A stretch of 64,000 nt of DNA from Paramecium tetraurelia (Eukaryota): positions 155,370-219,369 of the forward strand of contig CT867988.1 of assembly GCA_000165425.1 (NCBI GenBank), given 5' to 3'. The notes beneath the pieces were generated by a model that saw only the letters and a list, made by a program, of their open reading frames with translations, was not told the DNA's origin and made no database searches. Position 1 is the stretch's first letter, and every line of letters starts with the position of its first letter. The translations under genes were made by a program, and so were the position numbers. This document shows, in pieces, positions 53,222-64,000 of the stretch.

Positions 53222-53479
53222 ATGGGATGCATTTAAAGTTAAAACAAATTGAAAACACATCAAAAGGCTACTTAACCAGTTGAAAAGCATGCAATTTACA
53301 AATGCTATTACACTAACACATTATATATAAATGAAATAGGACAAAAGTATCAGATCATTCGAGAAGGCAAAAGGTTAACTAAAGTGCCAATTTTGAAAAG
53401 ATTATAATAAAATCCACTATACCTCAAAAGGACTAGTTCATAATCAGATTTGAGCATCCAATCCAAAAGTACTTTCTGA
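53222..53479 (+). CDS. 85-aa basic protein with MGC acylation-type N-terminus
   Basis: Intronless MGCIQSQNK..VPILKRLQQNPLYLKRT..-TGA. Confidence 0.6.
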
Positions 53480-53579
53480 ACTTTAAATTCCTATGAGTTT
53501 TTATCAGCCACATAATTTACTTTTATAAATAATTCTATAAAAAGAAAATAATTTTTAATAATTAATTATCGAGTCAATT

Positions 53580-54032
53580 TCATTCTTCTTCCCAAGGTCC
53601 TATCTGTATGTCTTAAAAGGAATTGTTAATTTTATTTTAAATCGTTGATAGTTTTCGAGGATATTGTACGGAGTAGATTTTTTTCTCTCTGCAAGAACCC
53701 ATGAAAGGTTTGGTTAATGGTTAAGACTGTTTTATAATTAGACTTTTGAAAATTGCTGATTGTTAATAGTTTTCTTTCTATTGAAAGATCTTTGCTTTAT
53801 TTTGGATTATGAATTTAATTAATGAGGATTGTTTATTAGTTGTAATTATGGTTTTACTAGTTTTTAATACTTTTTTTGTTTATTGTTATATGTCAGTCTT
53901 AAAACTTTATTGATTTTCAATTAGTTTGCATAATTGTTATAAGTTTTCATCAATATGTATCACATGTAAATTCGGGAATGGCTTCTATTCACGTTGAAGC
54001 TGAAGTTTAATTTATTTCTTGGAATTCAACAT
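53580..54032 (-). CDS. Small uncharacterised protein
   Basis: ATG 54032 (MLNSKKQIKL..); likely C-terminus DIQIGPWEEE-TGA lies in another frame and needs an intron I could not place. Confidence 0.4.
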
Positions 54033-54439
54033 AATTTTATTACTCTATGAATTTTTTTATTTTTATTTAAAAATGTAAAAATTCGCAGATAATTCATCAT
54101 AGAAATGGTTTATGTAGTATATGGACTTCATAATCAAAAAGGAGATATATATTAATAGGAAAATTTGAGATTAATGGATAAACTTTGGATTTGGACTTTG
54201 AACGTAATAGTATATTGTTTATTGTTTTATGCCATGTAAATGTCACCAGAAAACTACTATTTCAAAATTAATACAATGCCATCATCGGATAACATGATAT
54301 TAATTTTTATAAAATTAAGAAAGTCATAAAAATTATTATGCAAATTTCCAAGGTCGAATTTGGTTTATATTCTATATTTCATCTTCAGATTCCATAAATA
54401 TTGGATTTTAACCCATCGAATATGATTATATGATTATTA

Positions 54440-55422
54440 ATGGCTTAAATAACAAATAAGATTTTAACTCTTAGTCTAATTTTAGTATATGCTTCAGCAT
54501 AAATTTAATTGAATACTTCCACCGAAAATTCTGTCGAAAAGTATTTAATCACATCAACAGAGTAGTTGGTTGTCATAGGATTCGAAGGATAATAAGTATG
54601 ATTTTAGCAATACCAATGTAGGAAGTTAGAGATTACATATTTTGTAGATTGAAAGAATGTGTATGTGAAGACATGATTTCTATAGGACAAAGAAGCCACC
54701 CTAAGCTAAATTAAATCTAATCAACTGTAAATGTTGAATGCTTTGATGAAAACAAAATTCAATTTGAAAGAAAAGAGAATGGTTACCAACCTTATGTTTG
54801 GAACAACAAGCCTCAAGAAGTAGAATCTAGACCTTATTAATCTCAAAAAAGAATAACATAAGCTAATACAGTAGCTTACACAGATAGTGATATGACATCC
54901 TCAATCACAGTAGGCTCATAATTGGAATTGAAGTGGAAATTTAACACAGATGACACAATAGAGATGTGCGTATGCTTGAATAAGAAGGCATGGGTAGGAA
55001 TAGGATTTGGCAGTGGGGTATTTATAATTATATTGATTTAGATGAACGGAGTAGACATGTTTGCTATAAACATTATAGATGGGGCTGCTGAATTACTCGA
55101 TTTATACTCTACACGTGAAGATACTCCTCCAACTGATGCAACATAGGATATTTCATTAATTTCTTCAAGCATAACAGACTCTGCAGTAAAAGCTAGAATT
55201 AAAAGAAAATTGAATACAGGGGATTCAAAAGATGCTGTTTTAGCCAAAGGATCCACTTATACTTGGAGTTATGCAAGTTCTTCATCTCTCGTGATGGAAG
55301 ATCATAAGAATAATGTTGGTGAGTTTAAAATTACTCTAAGCGAGTCAGGATCCTAATAAGTTAGTCAAGGCTATTTATTGCAGTTGGTCTTTGGACTAAT
55401 AGCACTTAATCTAATTATTTGA
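54440..55422 (+). CDS. Secreted/GPI-anchored DOMON-domain protein
   Basis: Signal KILTLSLILVYASA; degenerate first domain; DOMON LKWKF..AWVGIGFGSG|MNGVDM..RKLNTGD..WSYA..MEDH; C-terminal SQGYLLQLVFGLIALNLII. Confidence 0.85.
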
Positions 55423-55692
55423 ATTAAAAATGTATTCATATTCACATATAATATGTTTAATTTTATTAATTTAATATCTGTTAACCATTAATTAAATTTG
55501 ACCTTTTGTGAATTTCTAAAATATTACTTTTTGGATTAATCTTCTATTTCAGTATTTAGGCTTGAGATACTAATTCTTTGAATAATACTACATTTCTCCC
55601 TTAATATGATTAAATTTAATTTATTTGGTTTGTTTGATCTAACTATATTCTAAAAATATATTAGCATTCAATTCAATTATTTTATTAATAAA

Positions 55693-56679
55693 ATGAAACG
55701 ATAAAATTCTGCTAATGGTACCGGAAGTCCAAGTCGATATTTCTCAACGACCTAGAATTAATTTACAGACATACTTAAGTAGATCACATAAAATTGCAAT
55801 AATAAACCAGTCAAAAAGGCACTTAGTCCAAATCAAAATGGGTAATTGCAAAAGCGAATTAAAACCTAAACTAGTTGCTCAAAATTAGCAAATCAATACA
55901 ATTTTAATAAAAAAGCTAGTTCAAGTGTTCCTAAAAACAGAATAGAGTATTTTACTATACAAGAATAAATTGGATCTGGGAAATTTGGTAAAGTTTATAA
56001 ATGTATTTTAAACTCAACCAAGAAAGTTTATGCAATAAAGATGATTGACAAACAACAATTAAAGAAGAATTAAATGAATCAATAGTTGCAAAGAGAAGTG
56101 ACTATTTAATAAATGTTAAGGCATCCAAACATAATTCAGTTAACCGAATTTTTTGAGACAACGACTAATTATTGTTTAGTGATGGAATATGCTAATGGAG
56201 GAACCTTATTTTAATCATTGATGAGATAAAATAATAAAAGGTATTCAGAACCTGCTGCTTCAAATATGATAAAACAAGTTGCTTTAGCAATATAATAAAT
56301 GCAAAAATAATCCATCATTCACAGAGATCTAAAACCAGAAAATATATTATGGTGTGATGGAATGCTTAAAATTAGTGATTTCGGTTGGTCAATTCAGGAC
56401 AAAAAAGAAAGAGATACTCTCTGCGGAACAATAGACTATTTACCTCCAGAAATGGTCTATGGATAATCATATGACAATTCAATTGATTTATGGTCATTAG
56501 GAGTCTTAACCTTTGAATTAACAACAGGTAAGACTCCCTTCTAAATTCAAGAAGGATTTGCATTGTAATTTCCAGACCATTTGTCTGGAGACGTAAAAGA
56601 TTTAATGAAGGGATTATTGACAGATAAAAAAAACAGGAAATCGATAGATTGGGTATTAAACCATGTTTGGTTATGTTGA
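55693..56679 (+). CDS. Aurora-like Ser/Thr kinase
   Basis: Intronless 328 aa; [53 protein letters not shown]. Confidence 0.92.
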
Positions 56680-56739
56680 TACTATATAATATTCTTTATA
56701 AATTAGATATCAAAATTTTTAATTCCTATATTTTAAATA

Positions 56740-57642
56740 TCATATCCATACTAAACTCTACCGTTGCTCATCCATTAGTTCAACAAAAATTCGATAATTT
56801 ATTTGTATTGATAACATAATAACAAAACTATAGGCCTAAACTTTAAAGAAGACATAAGAAAACATCTATAATTCTGAAAGCATTAGGAAAATAATGTATC
56901 ATTAAGAGATGTTTTTAACCACAAAATCGTTTGGTATAAAATTTTTATCAAGATCGATTTGCTCCAGCTTTTATGAGAAGAAGCTATCTATTTTTTTTGG
57001 AATGTATGTATACTAATTTTCATTTGCTTTCATATGTGAATACCCCAGAATATACAATATATGCTAATCGATATCAACATGACCCTAGATATATTGACTA
57101 TTCCGTTGAGTTACCTAAAATCAAAAATCAAATTTTAGAATTAGAAGTTGGTTGGTATATAGAAAATCTGACAAATTATCTGGAAATTGAAAACAAAGAA
57201 GAATGTCCATCTTATTTAAACCTGTTTTAGAGTAAGATCCAAAAAAGCCCTTCATAAGCGCACAGTCATTAATCACGCATTAGAACATTTAGAAGCTATC
57301 GCTGCAAAAATCTACTTAGATAATGCTAAAGATTTTATAAAGATATAGAACGCTATTCGTGGTGTTTGGCTGGAATGGTCACTCTATTAAATTAAGAAGA
57401 ACAAGATCCTTTTCAATAAAATGGAATATATCAAAGATGGTAGAACACTAGAATTACAATCTAATAAACAAACCCATAACAATGACATTAATTTTCTAAA
57501 AAAGTTTAAAATCTTATAATTTCTAAACAATTAAAATTATTCTTTTTCTAGAGTACATGAGGCTAAAAACACAGGTAATTTTATTTTTTGTTCGATGTTG
57601 CCCATCCACATTACTCAAGATATTGTATTGATTCTGCATTGA
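56740..57642 (+). pseudogene. Candidate decayed gene remnant
   Basis: Coding-like blocks (DRFAPAFMRRSYLFF..QHDPR..ELEVG and RSKKALHKRTVINHALEHLEAIAAK..AIRGVWLEWSL) in different frames; no evident start codon or frame-restoring GT..AG intron. Confidence 0.4.
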
Positions 57643-57834
57643 AAACAAATTTTATATAAATATAAATGAGATACTATTATTAAATTTATTATTCTTTCTT
57701 TAGTATTTTGCTATTTTCATGTTCAAAGTCGAATAATCATTATAATCTAGACTATATACTTAAATTCTGCTGCCTTGCTCAGATAACATTATAAAATTTT
57801 TATATTTGAATTTGAGTTATAAATTGAATATTAA

Positions 57835-58799
57835 ATGACAACGAATTGGCAAGAAAACCATGTAAAGAATATTACTAGTATTTTAAGGTACCAATAAAAT
57901 TAAAATTGAATGATGATGATGATTCTTTTGAAGAAGAAATAGGTAATACCAAATTGTTTAAGTTATAGATAGATTGAGATAGTAAAAAGAAATGCAACAA
58001 AAATTAAAATAACAGTAAGCAGCTATTTATGATCATAATAAAAAGGTAATGAAATAATCAACATAGGCTGAATAATAAAGATAACAAATTGTTAAGGACA
58101 TCCTCCCAAAACACAAAGGATTATAACTAGCCTATGATTATGACGGAACTTTTATGTTAGCTAAAGATTTCACATAAGTAAAAAATAATTAGAGAGCACC
58201 TGAAATTCGGTACTTATTCAGCAATATATCAAAGTAAGATTACTTAAGTAGATACTGTATTTTAACCATAGAAACCTGTTTAATAAGCAGTTATAGAAAA
58301 TGAAAAAGTGAAAAAAGAATAGCTACGATAATCAAAGGCAAAAACTAATCCTCCATAAATCTTTGAAGCATCTATTTAGAAACCATTTGATGGTTTCACA
58401 CCGAATCAAGGAGTGAAATTAATTTATTAAGATTAAAATTAAGAAATTGTAAGGCAATAAGACATTTAAAATTGGGGTGATGGATAGAGAATGACAAAAA
58501 AGTAATTTGAAGCTCTTAAAAACGAAGGTTTTAAACAGACAACATATTCGATGAAATAGTAGATGCTTTAAAAAATAAATTCAGACATTGTAGAGCAACA
58601 AGAGCCGAAAAATACACCGATTATAGCAGAATAAACCAATTAAATAAATGAGTTAAAGATCTCGCAGTCCTATACTAATTTAAAGTAACCTCAGACACAA
58701 AAAACAATTTAAAAAATCCCTTAGACAGCATAAAATAGAAAATAAGGAAGTAAAATTAATGTTGTTGATAAATAATTATTTGATCAATTACTTTCATGA
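57835..58799 (+). CDS. Uncharacterised protein
   Basis: Frame restored by several micro-introns; motifs AYDYDGTF, FTPNQGVKL, RMTKKQFEAL; TGA 58797-58799. Confidence 0.6.
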
Positions 58800-59465
58800 C
58801 TCTCTAATATCACATTCATTTATTAAATATATCAATATTTTATTTATATTTAATACATCATAGTCAGGTTAACCTTATAATATAATCAAATTGCCATGAG
58901 AGACCTTACACTTCTGATTATTATACTCTATAATATTTTTATTTTCAGTAAAATATTATTTTAACACCTATTGTTTAATGATTTGAGATTATTTAAATGA
59001 TATGAATATTTATTACCGTAAACCATAGTCATTTATTTAGTATATTGAAGTAAATATATATATCGAAAATAAAGATAATGATTTCCAGAATGAATTACAT
59101 ATGTGTAATTTATATGAAATAGAAATATTTTACTAAACAAAAAGAAGAATTTCCTATAATATAAAAAATAGTTTATTACTTTAGTTTTACTGAATCATTA
59201 TGATAAAGCAATCAATTAGTAGTTTACTAGAAATGACTTATGCAGTATTAATGTTCCAAGGTTATTTTCTACCTAAATACAATCTGCTTTTATGTAAGCC
59301 AATCTGATATTTATTAATAATTTAAGTCATCAAATGAAATAGTTAAAGAACAATGTTAAGAAGTAATAAATTGGAAATTTTCTTCAAGATTAACAAGAAG
59401 AATAACCAGAATTAAGTTAGAGTTAATGAATAATAATTGGCAATGTTTATTAAAATTAATTACAA

Positions 59466-60036
59466 TCATCTCTTTGAGAAATCTCCCCAACTATATCCAT
59501 ATTTCTGCATGTGCTTAAGATATTTTTTAAAAGTTATGATCGTAACCAAAATGAAATAGCTAAACAAGAACGGCCAATAGACTGGAAGATCAAATATTAC
59601 AAAGTATGTTGCAAGATTTGATAGGATTAGAGCACTGGTAATTTATTCCCATAATTAAATTTCAGGCATTGATCTAATTAGAGGTCTGTCGTCATTATGC
59701 TGAGGGAGTTAGACTTAATGGGATATTTGAAAGAATTACTATCGACATCTTCATCTTCGTCTTCAATATCAGGAAGCCCTAATGGTGTATAGTATCTTAA
59801 GAAGGAGTAAACTATTTAGATTCCGAGCATATAGGACACGACAAAATAACTTTAGGTTTCAATAAGTCTGCTAATGTAATATATGAGTAAAAGGAGACAA
59901 AATCCCCATCTTTTTCCTGGATGCATAATCCATCTATAAATCAATGAGTAGAATAGTACTTGTCTATGACCCTTCTATACTTTAATGAGTATTTGTGATA
60001 TACTCTAGTGTATGCAGGATCAGTGTCAGAATTCAT
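59466..60036 (-). CDS. RER1: ER retrieval receptor RER1
   Basis: RW..YFVVSYMLGI..FLRYYTP..RPLIRSMPEIQLW..FDLPVYWPFLFSYF..KHMQKYGY; three micro-introns. Confidence 0.9.
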
Positions 60037-60172
60037 TTGAGTTTATTTAATTAAAAATGTATTTGAGATTTCCACAAAGGAATTGCAGAAATCAATAATA
60101 TTAATAAAACATTATGTAGAAAAAAGAAAATTAATATTGATGGTTGCGTTAATAACAAAATTTGAATGTTTT

Positions 60173-61605
60173 TCAAAGAACTTGTTATTAATCATTCTCT
60201 TATCCAAATTGTGGGACATTATTTTGCTTTTAATTAATAGCCGACTTGACATTTTCATAACCACCGGTACTTAAGATAGGTGGTAACAACTAATAATCAA
60301 ATCCCCCTCCCCCACATTGAGCATAATCCAACCCTTTTTCTTCAACTTCTGGAGTCACATTTAGCAATCCCAATATCTTTAATACAAATATCACAATTGC
60401 ATGCAATACGACAGACCATCCTAACCAAACTACAGTACCTAGGAGTTGAATTCCCCATTATTTAGCTCCATGTCCATAAAATATTCCTTTTTCTGTATTA
60501 AACCACCCTGGAAATTGAGCACCAATTAGACCACACCCTCCATGTATTGGAAAAGCATCAACTGGATCGTCAACTTTAAATTTATGCATTAAGATTCCGA
60601 ATCCCCAATATGTCAAACCTCCCAAAATTCCAATTACAAAGGCAGCCCATAATTCAATTCCATCACAAGAGCCAGTTACTGCAACCAATCCTGCCAAATT
60701 TCCATTGCATATCATTACTAAACTGAACTTGCTCTTCTCATTTCTATTTTTATAGTAGTGTAAAACCATTAATGTTAATCCTCCTGAAGCTCCTGCTATG
60801 ATTGTATTCGTTGTAGCTCTTCCTGCAGCATAAGCCATTGTACCTGACAAGGCAGTGGTACTTCCAGCATTGAAAAATATCCAACATGTGTAAAGTGAAA
60901 GAGTAGATAAACAAATATATGTTGTATTGCTTGGATTAAATTCATTTGCATATTTTTCATTCCATCTGTTTTTCCTTGCTCCTAACATTACTGTCAACAC
61001 CAATGCTCCCAATGCAGACATAAAGTGAATTGTACCGCTACCAGCCAAATCAATATAGCCTAGATCTTGAAGCCAACCTCCTCCCCAAGTCCAATGAGCA
61101 CAAATTGGATAAATAAACGAAGAAAATGCTACGCTCAAAAAGCAATAACCGATAATTGACATTCTTTCCACTGCTCCTCCAGATACGATACTATTAGCTG
61201 CAGCTCCAACTGACGTTTACAAAACTTATATATAACTTATAATTGTGTACCCCAATGAGAGTAATGCTTAGTTCCAGCAAAATTACTTCCAGCATAGAAG
61301 TCTGTCCCAGCAAATTTTCCAGATCCCATGCAAATTCCATATCCAACCTAATATATTAACATTCAATTTACAAGCCACCAGCAAATGACAGCAATACATG
61401 TATTTAGATAGACTTTTATCATAATTGATTACATATTTTTATATCTTACACACCCACCCTCTAAAAATGCAAATCCAAGTTGCATCAACAAAACAACAAT
61501 CCTAATCTATTTTATAAGTATATACCCTGCAAATTAAGTCCAAAAATAGTCTATTGTATTTTCTAACAATCCCAATTTGTCTTCAACTGAAAAATCTGTT
61601 GACAT
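60173..61605 (-). CDS. AMT: Ammonium transporter (Amt/Mep family)
   Basis: MQLGFAFLEGGCVRYKN, IVSGAVER, IYPICAHWTWGGGWL, DLAGSGTIH, FFNAGS, NGNLAGLVAVT, DDPVDAFPIHG. Confidence 0.96.
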
Positions 61606-61756
61606 ATTAAATAATATATCGAAGTTAATTTTTAATTCAATAAGGATTAATACTCATAAAGTTTATAATGATAGTGTATCTGTATATATCAACATTCTTA
61701 TAGAAATATTACCCTAAACCAAGGCATTTATTTTATATATATATTTTAAATTATAA

Positions 61757-64000
<2,244 letters not shown>

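Noticed and set aside
61708..61725. CCCTAAACC telobox/telomere-like word
   Set aside because: Single copy and not the Paramecium CCC(C/A)AA tandem repeat.

Overview
AT-rich, very gene-dense eukaryotic DNA typical of a Paramecium (aurelia-complex-like) macronuclear chromosome. TAA/TAG are read as Gln, TGA is the only stop, and genes are split by 20-34 nt GT..AG introns, so the supplied standard-code ORF track is mostly fragments or antisense noise. Re-translating by hand with code 6 and removing micro-introns gives about 35 protein genes. Recognisable ones: RPL12, ATG8, CDT1, WASHC3, RER1, AMT, Aurora-like kinase, two PKGs, SCP/CTDSPL-type phosphatase, SR-like RRM/Zn-knuckle protein, SF-assemblin, PEX22-like, MORN, Kelch, hybrid histidine kinase, PAS multi-TM protein, Cache sensor, Cys-rich GPI surface antigen-like protein and GPI-DOMON. 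No tRNA, rRNA, CRISPR, telomere or intact mobile element was seen. Best leads: (1) an ankyrin-repeat/anoctamin (TMEM16) fusion in which the canonical Ca2+-binding acidic residues are replaced; (2) an unusually GC-rich micro-intron with a competing 3' splice site in the SR-protein gene (possible NMD autoregulation); (3) an EGF-TM-RING receptor-type ligase; (4) a knottin-like Cys peptide; (5) an ATGA stop/start overlap between PEX22-like and SF-assemblin. All family assignments come from motif recognition by eye, not database searches; some start codons and intron choices are uncertain.
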